Shown one piece after another: positions 42,035 through 51,451 of a DNA stretch of 64,000 bases. Made by a program: the position numbers and the translations under genes. Below the pieces are notes generated by a model that saw only the letters and a program-made list of their open reading frames with translations, was not told the DNA's origin and did no database searches. The DNA is from Candidatus Marinacidobacterales bacterium (lineage in GTDB: Bacteria; Acidobacteriota; Vicinamibacteria; Marinacidobacterales; DATDRI01): contig OZ244742.1 of the NCBI GenBank assembly GCA_965219415.1, forward strand, positions 1,888,001 through 1,952,000, written 5' to 3'. The number at the start of each line of letters is the position of its first letter. The stretch's first letter is position 1.

Positions 42035-43327
42035 ATGGGAAGTCTGCTACGTTCGGTCAAGAAACGCAAGAAGTCGCGTCGTTTGGGTGAGGTCGAGATG
42101 GTGAGGCACGAGGATTACGGGGAACTCGTGCTGGACGCCAAGGTAGAGATGATCCGTTGGTTGGTCCCCCTTGGTCTAATGCACGTTCACGAGTTGCTCG
42201 ACGACGAAGTGAAGGCGTTGGCGGGAGAGCGATACTCTCGCAAGGACGAGCTGGAGCGCGGTCGCCGTCCCGGAAGCAACCCGGGCACGGTAGGGCTTGG
42301 CGGCCAGCGGGTACCGATCCGTGTGCCACGGGTTCGGAGCATCGAGGGAGGAGAGATTCCGCTTCGCTGCTACGAGGCGGTGAGCCACGGCGGTGAGGTG
42401 AATGATCTTCTGCTGAAACGAGTTCTCTACGGAATCTCTTGTCGCAACTACGAGGCGGCAGCGGAAGCGATTCCGGGCGCCATCGGGCTGTCGAGCTCAA
42501 CGGTGTCCCGAGGGTTCGTGCAAGCGAGCGCTGCGAAGCTGCGGGAGATGCAGGAACGGGATCTGACCGGCGAGGATGTGGTGGCGCTGTTTCTGGATGG
42601 GAAGACATTCGCCGAGGCAACGATGGTCGTGGCTCTGGGCATCACGCTTTGCGGGGAAAAACGCTTCTTGGGCTTCGTGGAGACGGACACGGAGAACGCG
42701 CAGGTGTTGACGCCGTTCCTGCGTTCACTGCTCGAGCGGGGACTCGATATCTCCCAGGGTCTGCTGGTGATCATCGACGGCGGCAAGGGTCTCCAAGCGG
42801 CAGTCAAGAAGGCATTCCGTAAGCGGGCCCTGATACAACGCTGCCAGTGGCACAAACGTGAAAACGTAGTGAGCTACCTGTCCAAGGGCGAGCAGGCGTC
42901 ATGGCGCAAGCGGCTCCAGTGGGCCTACAACAGGCCGGAGTACGAAGAGGCCCTCACTGCGCTCGAGCAACTCCACGGTGAGTTAGAAGAGCGGAACCAA
43001 TCTGCAGCTGGCAGCCTGGAGGAAGGCCTCGAGGAGACGCTGACGTTGCATCGACTCGGCGTGCACGCGGTGCTGGGCCGTTCGTTCAAGACGACGAACT
43101 GCCTTGAGTCCGTCAATGCTCTCGTCGAGGAACGCTGCGCGAAGGTCGACCACTGGAAGAACTCGAGCCAACGCCAGCGCTGGTTGGCAACGGCGCTCGT
43201 AGACATCGAACCGCGCTTGAGGAAGGTGGTGGGCTACCGCCATCTTCCCAAGCTTCGCGAAGCTCTCAAGCGGGAACTGAAGATCGAGGCGAAGACATCA
43301 ACCGTATCGAAGAAGAAGGTCGCTTAA
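42035..43327 (+). CDS. IS256 (Mutator) family transposase
   Basis: LFLDG, IIDGGKG, QRCQWHK, TTNCLES; RBS AAGGAG before ATG 42035. Confidence 0.92.
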   Translation: MGSLLRSVKKRKKSRRLGEVEMVRHEDYGELVLDAKVEMIRWLVPLGLMHVHELLDDEVKALAGERYSRKDELERGRRPGSNPGTVGLGGQRVPIRVPRVRSIEGGEIPLRCYEAVSHGGEVNDLLLKRVLYGISCRNYEAAAEAIPGAIGLSSSTVSRGFVQASAAKLREMQERDLTGEDVVALFLDGKTFAEATMVVALGITLCGEKRFLGFVETDTENAQVLTPFLRSLLERGLDISQGLLVIIDGGKGLQAAVKKAFRKRALIQRCQWHKRENVVSYLSKGEQASWRKRLQWAYNRPEYEEALTALEQLHGELEERNQSAAGSLEEGLEETLTLHRLGVHAVLGRSFKTTNCLESVNALVEERCAKVDHWKNSSQRQRWLATALVDIEPRLRKVVGYRHLPKLREALKRELKIEAKTSTVSKKKVA

Positions 43328-43632
43328 ACGTGAGCCGTGGAGAGTTTCAACTAAGAATGGGCTTGACTCCGCGAGACAGTCCAGACCCTAGCAGCAAAGC
43401 ATAGGCACCCTTATTGGAGCGAACCGCAAAGGCCACTGAGACCAGCGGATCGATTTCCCAGCCTGGCACGCTCTCTCTCCCGGTCGGTAGCAGCAATTCT
43501 AGCCCAAGAGAGGGCCGACGACACTCGTCTTCTACCTGCTAATTGCGTCTCAGGTGACGGCGGAAAAGTGCTTCATCGAAGCGAAGTTGGAGGGACGGTG
43601 ACGCCGTGGTGACCCGCATGGAGGCGGCCTTC

Positions 43633-44195
43633 CCAAAAGGCGACCTCGTCGGCAACGCAGGCGACGACGGAATAGCCGCGTACGCTCTTGAAGTTCGACG
43701 TATGGATCTCGATGTCGATCCCGTTCGTGAGGCTGATGGTCTCCTTGAGACGATCCGCGACCATGGAGGAGAGCAACGGGCTGCCGTCGAGGAGCCCGGT
43801 CACGTAGCGGAACAGTACGCGCGCCTGCCTCCGGTCCGCAGCGAGCAGCATCACCACCCCGCGCTCACCGGGAGCCAGAGCATTGCGGTACTCCCGGAAG
43901 CAAGCGAGGAAGACGGCGATCAGGGCTGCGATCCGCGACTTGCCACCGCGCCGACCGACAACGACCCATGCCTCTCTCGCAGGCTCCATGGGAGGCTTGG
44001 TCCTTCCCGTGGCTCCCGGTACAGCGCGACATCCTCGGTATCCATTCCGAGAGCAAAGAACGCCCGAAGAAACGCTGTCCAGCTTCTCCAGGTATCGAGG
44101 TCTGAGAAGGTTGATCGGAAGAGCCTAGGGTCTCCCAAGGCCGTAACGATATCGATGCCGGTTGTGGCGGCCCGTTTTCGCCCCTTGGCTCTCAC
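43633..44195 (-). pseudogene. Terminase large subunit, N-terminal ATPase half
   Basis: Walker A GRRGGKS, AADRRQA, Walker B VVACVADEVAFW; frameshift near 44000. Confidence 0.85.
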
Positions 44196-44553
44196 TTCGC
44201 GGCCTTGCCGTAGGTGTCGGCGACGTAGGTTCCGAGCGATGGTACCGGCTTCGCTCTACGCTCCAGGCCAAGGAGCGAGAGCCGGCGCGTCAGGCCATCG
44301 GCTACCTTCTGGCGCTGGAGCACCACCGGGGGAAGGCTCTTCGTCCGCTTATTGACGAGGCTCGGTTGTGCCAGCTCCCACTCGGCGATCTGTACATGTC
44401 GAGCGTCACTGCCTCCACCATGGCCAGCTGCTGCTGGCTGAGGCTATCAGGGCCCCCGAGGTCCTGTATCAAGCCATCCCGCCATGTCAGCACTCGCCTA
44501 CCGACCCTGGTTCTCGCGTCTATCGACGTGATACCGGCCTTGCGAACCTTCCG

Positions 44554-46013
44554 GGGGATGTCCCGGCCGCTGTTGAATTTGGTCGGGTAGCGGCGGCACC
44601 TGTGAATACTCTTAGGCAGCAAACTCATCGCTGTCAAGAGATTTCTGTTTGCTTCTAAGCGCGTGAACGAGAGCGCCCATATGGCGATAGCCTTTGATAC
44701 GCCGGAACTTTTTCTGCGCGGTGACGACGCCAAGAGCGGTCCATCGGCGAACCATGGAAGGACTCTTCCAACGCTTGAGGTTTCTCGATACTCTGCGAAT
44801 GGTTCCGTTGAGATTCTCAATGGCGTTCGTCGTGGCAAGAGACTGGCGAAGTAAGGCGGGCAGCGCGAGCTTCACGACCGTGAGTGTCTCTTCCATCCCT
44901 TCACGAAGGCTTCCGGCAGCTTCGTCGTAGCCGTTTCGCTCGAGCCACGACACCAATGCCTGAAGTCGCTTGCGCGCCTTGTCGGCACTCTTGCACTTGT
45001 AGGCTTCCTTCATCGTCTGGAGTACGTAGGCGTGACGAGACTTGGGAAGGTACGAGCGAAGATTCCGGAGTTTATGGATCTGGCACCTTTGGATGACCGC
45101 GAGGTCCCCCAAAACGTCGACGAGTGCCTTGCGGATGCCTTTGCCTCCGTCCACTACGCAGAGAATCGACTCATCGACGCGCAAGCCCCGCTCGAGAAGG
45201 TCCTGCAACATCGCGGTGCACACCCGAGAGTTCTCCGTCGAGCCCAGCCATATACCCAGGGGCACCTTCGTTCCATCTATTGTGATACCTAGAGTTACGA
45301 CGACGGTCTGTCCGGCCACCTCAAGGCCATCCAGCATCAGTGCCGCAAGCTCGAACTCCTCTAGCCGCCGAGACAGGTATTCCTCGAGCTTCTTAGTCGT
45401 CTGGCTCACGAGGTGACGGCTGGCGGCACTCTTACTCGTGCCACGAGACTTCAACTTGGCCGCGGGTTTGTTCAGACTCGATTCGTAATTTCGGGTCGAT
45501 ACCCCCACCAAGATCTGATTCAACACTCGCTCTGGAAGCGGGTCTTCTTCGCGGAAGGCTTCGAAGTGTGGAAGCGACGCCTCCTCGCCCGACTTCGAGC
45601 GAACTCGAGGTCGCGACACTTGGATGCGACGACCACCGAAGCTCAGCTCTCCGTTCGTGCTCCCCCAGTGGTTATGAGTTCGCTCCTTCTCGTGCTTGCC
45701 CTTGAGCCCCGCGATCTCCTCGGCGTCCTCTCTGAGCAGTAGGTGCAGAGCTGTCAGTCCTTGCTCGTACACCCATTCCGTCAGTTCCGCCTTCGTGGCC
45801 GCGATCCCAGCTATCATCGGTAGCAGTATCTGACCGACTTGGCCAACTACCTTGCCCGTAGGCGAGTGCGTTTGCTTTCTTACTGGCTTCTTTGATTTCC
45901 TAGGCATTGGTGGCTCCTTGTCCCCCTCTGGAGACGGTTTATTGGCAGACCTATTCTTAGGCCGGCCAAGGAGCCGCCGCTACCCCAAATTCAACATCCG
46001 GCGGGACATCCCC
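44554..46013 (-). mobile_element. IS256 family element
   Basis: About 40-bp IRs GGGGATGTCCCG..TGTTGAATTTGG..GTAGCGGCGGC; 8-bp target duplication ACCTTCCG (44546-44553, 46014-46021). Confidence 0.93.
44612..45907 (-). CDS. IS256 family transposase
   Basis: LMLDG, VVDGGKG, QRCQIHK, TTNAIEN. Confidence 0.93.
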   Translation of the reverse strand: MPRKSKKPVRKQTHSPTGKVVGQVGQILLPMIAGIAATKAELTEWVYEQGLTALHLLLREDAEEIAGLKGKHEKERTHNHWGSTNGELSFGGRRIQVSRPRVRSKSGEEASLPHFEAFREEDPLPERVLNQILVGVSTRNYESSLNKPAAKLKSRGTSKSAASRHLVSQTTKKLEEYLSRRLEEFELAALMLDGLEVAGQTVVVTLGITIDGTKVPLGIWLGSTENSRVCTAMLQDLLERGLRVDESILCVVDGGKGIRKALVDVLGDLAVIQRCQIHKLRNLRSYLPKSRHAYVLQTMKEAYKCKSADKARKRLQALVSWLERNGYDEAAGSLREGMEETLTVVKLALPALLRQSLATTNAIENLNGTIRRVSRNLKRWKSPSMVRRWTALGVVTAQKKFRRIKGYRHMGALVHALRSKQKSLDSDEFAA

Positions 46014-46078
46014 ACCTTCCGCACCACGGGCGTAAGTCTGTGTTCGTGTAGGATCGTCGACGTTTCTTTAGGTGTTTT

Positions 46079-46978
46079 GCCGCCGAGGGCGCAGCGAACC
46101 CCGACACCGAGGTTGTCAATGCGATCCGACCAGGGATGGCGTCGGTACCGAGTTCGCTGCTCCTTGCTATCAGCTCGCCGTATGCAAGGCGCGGGGCTCT
46201 GTGGAACGCTTACGACCAACACTTCGGGAGAGACGGTGATCCGGTGCTCGTTTGGCAGGCGAGCACGGGCTCCATGAACCCAACGATCGCCAGTGATGTT
46301 ATTGAGAGGGCCCTCGTGGAAGACGAGAGCGCAGCGCGGGCGGAGTATTTTGCTGAGTTCAGGCGTGATATCGAAAGTTTCGTCTCCAGAGAAGCCGTGG
46401 AGCACTGCGTGATCGCTGGACGTCGCGAACTTCCGCCCGCATCCTCTATACGCTACGTGGCCTTCTGCGATCCCAGTGGCGGTTCCGCCGACTCGATGAC
46501 CTTGGCGATCGCACACCTTGACGGTCAGAGTGGCAAGGTGATCCTCGACGCCGTGCGTGAGAGAAAACCACCCTTCTCTCCGGAGGATGTTGTCCGTGAA
46601 TTCACGGAGACACTCAAGAGTTACCGCGTCTCGAGTGTAACCGGCGATCGTTACGGCGGGGAGTGGCCCGCCGAGCGATTCCGCGAGCACCGTATCGTAT
46701 ACGAACCATCACCGGTCCCGAAGTCGGACCTGTACCGGGAACTGCTACCCCTGCTGAACGGCGGTAGGTGCGAGCTTCCCAACCTTCGCCGGCTACTTTC
46801 CCAGCTCCTCTCGCTGGAACGGAGGACCAGCCGGGCGGGCAAGGACTCGATCGACCACCCTCCCCGTTGCCACGACGACCTCGCGAACGCGGTGGCCGGT
46901 GTTTTCCACGTCGCTGGGAGCGCGAGCCAAAGTTGTGGTGTCCTCCTCCCGACCGGTGAGCTGATCGCGTTTTCGTAG
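46079..46978 (+). pseudogene. Terminase large subunit, C-terminal half (opposite strand to the N-half)
   Basis: AANPDTEVVNAIRPGM, ISSP, AEY.AEF, nuclease motifs FCDPSGG, GDRYG, HDDLANA. Confidence 0.85.
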
Positions 46979-47081
46979 CGGCCAACGTGCGCACTTGCCA
47001 TTCTCGTTTAGCCCAATGGAAGGGCCTCACGTAGAGGCCGTTATTGGGGCGGGCACCCCACTCCGCATCGAAACGAACCAG

Positions 47082-48029
47082 TTACCGCTTAAGGTCAGCG
47101 TTCACAAGAACGCCAAGCTCGGACTGGCGCTCGAAGTCGTCTACGAGAACACGCAAGCGGCCAGATTCTTGCTTAGTGATGCCGTTCTCATCGCCGTTGT
47201 GGTATCGACCGGTCATCACATGATTCTCCGTTGCTGAGTGATACCATCCAGCATCGGACTCCCTAACCTCGGGTCCTACGATACGGTCGAAAACCTCGGC
47301 CAGCCGACCGTTGACCAAGACTGTTGCGTACAGGTATTGGGTAGGTCCGTTCTCGTCACCCTTGTGCGGAATCCAGTCAACACGCCGTCGCCAGGAGCCA
47401 CAACCCACCCATGTCGTGATTCACGAACTGCTTCGGTCCACGTTCCCGGTCGCTCGATGTCGATTGTCAAATTGGACTGTGACACCGTCGTGAGAGGGGC
47501 ACATTTGTATCGCGTGTTGCCTCCTTCGTCCCCTCGGCGGAACCGGCCAACGAGAACCGTGTTCTCGGGGCAAACCGCCTCATGGTCGGAGGCCCTGAAA
47601 GACCCCAAGGTTATCGCTTGATCAGGGTATCGCTTGATCAGGGTTCGGTAGCAGTTCCTCCGAAGAAACCGGACCTTTGTGTCCCCTTTCTACTTCCCAC
47701 AATGGGGATTCCAAATTGATGAAAATCACGCTCGTTTGATGTTTCGTCCAGCCGTTCTCGTCGCCTTTGTGGTATCGACCGGTGATTACTCTGCGCGGCG
47801 CGCTCTGATACCATCCGGATTCAGACTCTCTTACTCTCGGCCCCCTGAAATGATTGATAACAGTGGCTGGCTGGCCGTCAACGAACACCGTCGAATGGCG
47901 GTACCGCGTTTTTCCATTCTCGTCACCTCTATGCTGACGCCCGGTAAACACTTTGTTGGTAGGTGCAAGTGCCCAGCGGCTCGTCGATTCCCTTTTCCAG
48001 CGTGTCCACACATGGTTGCCGACAGTCAC
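47082..48029 (-). pseudogene. GRxHxGDENG-repeat protein (five repeats, two frameshifts)
   Basis: GRQHRGDENG, GRYHKGDENG, GRFRRGDEGG, HKGDENG and GRYHNGDENG across three ORFs; 16-bp duplication at 47612-47643. Confidence 0.75.
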
Positions 48030-48051
48030 GGAGAGATATATGGGTGTTCAG

Positions 48052-48292
48052 ATGGCAGAAAAAAAGAAACGTCGGCAGTTCACGAAGGAATTTCGAGCAG
48101 AGGCAGTGCAGCTGGTTCGGGAGAGCGGCAAGGCAGTGAGCGTGGTAGCCCGGGATATCGATGTGACGGAGACGTCGCTTTATGCCTGGGTGAGGCAGGA
48201 CAGGATCGACCGTGGTGAAGGCGGTCCCTGAACCCTGACGAGCGAGGAACTCGAAGAACTGCGTGGCCTCCGAAAGGAAGTTCGGGAGCTTT
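48052..48292 (+). pseudogene. IS3 OrfA remnant
   Basis: MAEKKKRRQFTKEFRAEAVQLV...VARD.D...SLY.WV.Q with a premature stop and no OrfB. Confidence 0.75.
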
Positions 48293-48329
48293 CGAACTTA
48301 GACTCTTGGAAGCAAACCGGTTTGCATAG

Positions 48330-48779
48330 TCAACTTGTCCACCAAACCGGAGCAAGCTCAACCGGTGTATTCCACGTCCCATGTTTTTCCATGTACTCGG
48401 CTAGCCATGCACGGCTTTCAATATTCCCTTGCCTTCTTCCGCCGCCTCTCGTACTCCAGTTGTGCCATTTATCGAAGTCTTCAACGCAGTCGTCCACGGA
48501 GAGTTCCACCCCGTCCATGGCTTCTGGCCCGGGTACCTTGCGGAGCGGCCAAACTTCTTCCTTGAATTCAAGTGAATCCCATAAGAAGGAGTACGTATAG
48601 TCAGGAGAGACATCGAGGATCGGGCCGCCCAACGCTACATGAGCTAGGAGCGGCGTTGAGTAGAGCCACTCGACGAGTAGCTCATCGGGAAAATTCGGAC
48701 GCTTTTTGCGCGCCTCCTCTAAAAACGCACCCAACTGCATAGTTGTCAAACCGTGGCAAACGCAGTGGAAGTCGTCCAC
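48330..48779 (-). CDS. Hypothetical protein (possibly truncated)
   Basis: 149-aa ORF directly downstream of the Shedu-like gene on the same strand; no recognised motif. Confidence 0.45.
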   Translation of the reverse strand: MDDFHCVCHGLTTMQLGAFLEEARKKRPNFPDELLVEWLYSTPLLAHVALGGPILDVSPDYTYSFLWDSLEFKEEVWPLRKVPGPEAMDGVELSVDDCVEDFDKWHNWSTRGGGRRQGNIESRAWLAEYMEKHGTWNTPVELAPVWWTS

Positions 48780-48838
48780 AAGATGGAAAACCCCGTCGGG
48801 AGCTGCGGAATTCTAATCGTCGAATCGGGCGCAGACGG

Positions 48839-49664
48839 TTATCTAGTAACCTCGAACTTCTGCTTAAGGAACTGTCGCTGCTCCGGTGGGATTCTTTCGT
48901 TAAGATCCACCGCCATGCCCTTGTCCCGAATAAAGCCGTAGTCCTCAAGACATAGTGACGATATCTCCACACACTCGGGGACTCGCCTGGCAACATAACC
49001 GTCCTCATCGATACCGACGCATAGGTACTTCCGCTGATCATGCATTGGGCTTAGACGGTCAAACGTCATGATTTCTGTATTCTCTGGCCGGATCTGGCTT
49101 CTCTTGAGGTTCAACTCCGAAGTTCGATTCGCGTCCGCGCGGCGTCCGTAAATTAGAAGATACGACGGGGTCAACGCCCGAAAATCCAATCGGTCCGGGA
49201 AACGATAGAAACGTACGAACGCCTGCTGGTTCTCGGGCTTTGAGAACCATACTTTCCATTCAGCAATCTGATTGAGCGCTTGCGCCAGCTCCGCTGTCTG
49301 ATTGCCATCGCCGGTCCACCATGCCTTGGATGGTCTTTCAATTTCTATGAAGAGTGGCGTTACGGTCGCACTGTCCGTGGCGAGCCACAAGAAATCGGGT
49401 ACCCGCGACGTGAATCCTCCTAAGCGTGGCTGGGAAATCAACGCAGCCGGAAAGGGGGTGATGACCACTAGATCCGAGTCTGCCGTAGCCGAGAGTATGC
49501 GCTCCGGGTACCATGCAGGGATGGCACTCAAGGAACTCCTGAGTTCGGGCTTCTTCGGGTTCTGACTCAAGCAAGCTCTTCCACTCTTCGAGGACTCTCT
49601 CCTGATAGTCAAGCCATTCGACTGGACTAGGCCCCCGGTCGATGGTGAACCTACGTACCTTCAT
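48839..49664 (-). pseudogene. Shedu (SduA/DUF4263)-like nuclease, one frameshift
   Basis: QEFLE.HP, PDF, IEIERP, AL.QI.EW, LIYGR, I.TFD.L; frameshift in the G5 run near 49455. Confidence 0.75.
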
Positions 49665-50099
49665 ATCCGTGCTACCGCAGGGGGGAGGACGACTTGCTCG
49701 CCGAGGTGGGGTGAACCGCGCCGCCCGAATGGTTCCCACAAAATCCATCGCGCTCTGCGTCACGTTGACAGTGGTAGGTCTGTCCGCCGACCGGCTCCAC
49801 GTACCGGCACTGATCTCGTTCAGTCGGCACCGGCTCGCGGACCTTCCCATCGGCAAGCCGCATCCTTCCAATGAACCCTACCAACCTTGAGCGTGAGGCT
49901 GTCCCCTTCTCCCCGGACTCGGAGCCAGGCCGCGGAATTCCGCGAGCATCCAGAACTACCGACACCAGTTCTGCCATGTCTTCGTCGTCAAGTCCCTCGA
50001 ATGGTTCAAATGTATCCACAAGCATAAGGACAAGGAGGTCGCGGTCGACACGGGCCCAGTTTCGCAACTGGACCCGTTCTGCAACGGGCTCGTAACGGG

Positions 50100-50420
50100 C
50101 AAGGGTGCTGGCGGTATGCGTGGTGTTGTTCTTTTCTCTTGTAGCCGCGGGTCTGTTTGTCGCGGAGCAGGCGGTTCACGTCGCCACGCGTTACCTCGCG
50201 TAGAAGCTTCCGGCCGAGAGCGGGGAGCACATGATCTTCCAGGTTCCGCTCGTACGATCGGATGGTCTTCGCTTCGAGTTCGTGACGCACAGCCTCAAGC
50301 CATTCGCGCGCATAGTCCTCAAGCGTGACATCGGGGTCGCCATCAATCCCGGAGAGCTTCTCGACCAACTCGGTGCGCTCTTTCAGGATCTCCCCTAGCC
50401 TCGCGCGGGCTTGCTCCTCG
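50100..50420 (-). pseudogene. Integrase N-terminal (SAM-like) fragment
   Basis: TLEDYA.EWL...T..SY...L..H.LP.LG...L.EVT..DV pattern, adjacent to the att/tRNA. Confidence 0.75.
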
Positions 50421-50554
50421 GAGCTGCTCTAACGGCACGGGTACGCGGACCTCGTTGACGGCCTCACCGGGGCAGAACCCGCCACGGAAAACGTCACCAC
50501 AACGTCACCAGAACTGTCGCCCGCAAAAGTTTCTCTACAAGTCGTTGAAGATGT

Positions 50555-50629
50555 TGGAGCCGGCGAGAGGATTTGAACCTCCGACCTGCTGATTACGAAT
50601 CAGCTGCTCTACCACTGAGCTACACCGGC
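50555..50629 (-). tRNA. tRNA-Thr (CGT)
   Basis: GCCGGTGTAGCTCAGTGGTAGAGCAGCTGATTCGTAATCAGCAGGTCGGAGGTTCAAATCCTCTCGCCGGCTCCA folds as a cloverleaf, anticodon CGT, CCA encoded. Confidence 0.97.
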
Positions 50630-50851
50630 TCGAGGTGTGGCGACAGGCGGGGTGAGTGAGAATACCTCGTTTAGGCAGGCCCTGCCAACCTCGGACACCG
50701 GGAACCCGCCTCGATTCAGGAGTAATCGGACCAAGTTCCGTAATTTTACGGATTTCGCCCCGCTTCGAACTGTATTATCATGCCGGGTCTTTTGACATTT
50801 TCAGCGGCCGAACAGATTGGCCGCAACGCCTCAGGAAGAAGGAGAACGGAA

Positions 50852-51394
50852 ATGAGAACGCTTCAAATCTTGGCTGCGTTGACCCTGGCCGTGGCGCTGG
50901 GAGCAGCCTGCTCATCACAGAAGATCAACCACGACTACGATCACCAGGCCGATTTCTCGCAATTCAAGACCTACAAGTATGCCAAGGGGACGCCGGTCGA
51001 GAACCAGCTCATGGATCAGCGGATCGTCTCCGCGATCGAAACTGAGATGGGTCAGGAGGGGTTCACCAAGGCCTCAGGGAATCCGGACGTTGTGGTGACC
51101 TACCACGCCCCCTCCAAGGAGAAAAAACAGTACGTGACCGGCAACTTCGGTTACGGCTACGGCCCTGGATGGGGCTGGGGCGGCTACGGCGGCGGCATGG
51201 GCACGTCGACCACTCGTGAGATTACGTACGAGAAAGGCACGCTCGTCGTCGACATGTATGATGCCAAGAAGAAGCAACTCATCTGGCGTGGCACGGGTAC
51301 GGACACGGTCAGCGACAACCCGCAGAAGGTGGCCAAGCTGATCGCCGACATCGTAGACAAGATTTTCAGGGGCTACCCGCCCAAAGCAAGCTAG
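50852..51394 (+). CDS. DUF4136 family lipoprotein
   Basis: Lipobox GAAC, DYD..ADFS.FKTY, GTLVVD.YDA....LIWRG, YPP. Confidence 0.85.
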   Translation: MRTLQILAALTLAVALGAACSSQKINHDYDHQADFSQFKTYKYAKGTPVENQLMDQRIVSAIETEMGQEGFTKASGNPDVVVTYHAPSKEKKQYVTGNFGYGYGPGWGWGGYGGGMGTSTTREITYEKGTLVVDMYDAKKKQLIWRGTGTDTVSDNPQKVAKLIADIVDKIFRGYPPKAS

Positions 51395-51451
51395 TCTCGG
51401 TCACTCGGTTGGGAGGCGAGGTGCGAGCACCCCGTCTCCCAATCAACCCAT

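Larger units (their letters stand above)
40670..43370 (+). mobile_element. IS256 family element carrying a nested IS3
   Basis: End motifs CCAATCTTAGTTG and rc CCATTCTTAGTTG; flanked by GCGA direct repeats; removing it restores the SIR2 frame. Confidence 0.75.
39307..43469 (-). pseudogene. SIR2-family (SIR2_2-like) protein, split by IS256/IS3 and with an in-frame TGA
   Basis: N-terminus at 43371-43469 (IDPLVSVAF..AYALLLGSGLSR) joins in frame to SAEIPTGW at 40665; TINFD, KLHGD; TGA at 40111-40113 in CG*SAEWD. Confidence 0.85.
44192..46078 (-). pseudogene. Small terminase-adjacent (putative TerS-like) gene split by IS256
   Basis: HRLTPVVRKV joins RKAGITSIDARTRVG..DLGGPDSLSQQQ across the IS; C-terminus LVNKR..LGLERRAK; stop overlaps the TerL GTG. 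Confidence 0.6.
39016..50600. mobile_element. Decayed integrative, satellite-like element at tRNA-Thr(CGT)
   Basis: Bounded by direct repeats of the tRNA 3' half; CGTCACC arm repeats at both ends (39175, 50490); carries integrase, terminase and defence gene remnants. Confidence 0.8.

Noticed and set aside
49672-50067. 131-aa ORF as a defined gene
   Set aside because: It has no recognisable motif and looks like fused fragments between the integrase remnant and the Shedu-like gene.
39016-50600. Intact prophage
   Set aside because: No recognisable capsid, portal, tail, lysis or replication genes are present, and the integrase and terminase are broken.
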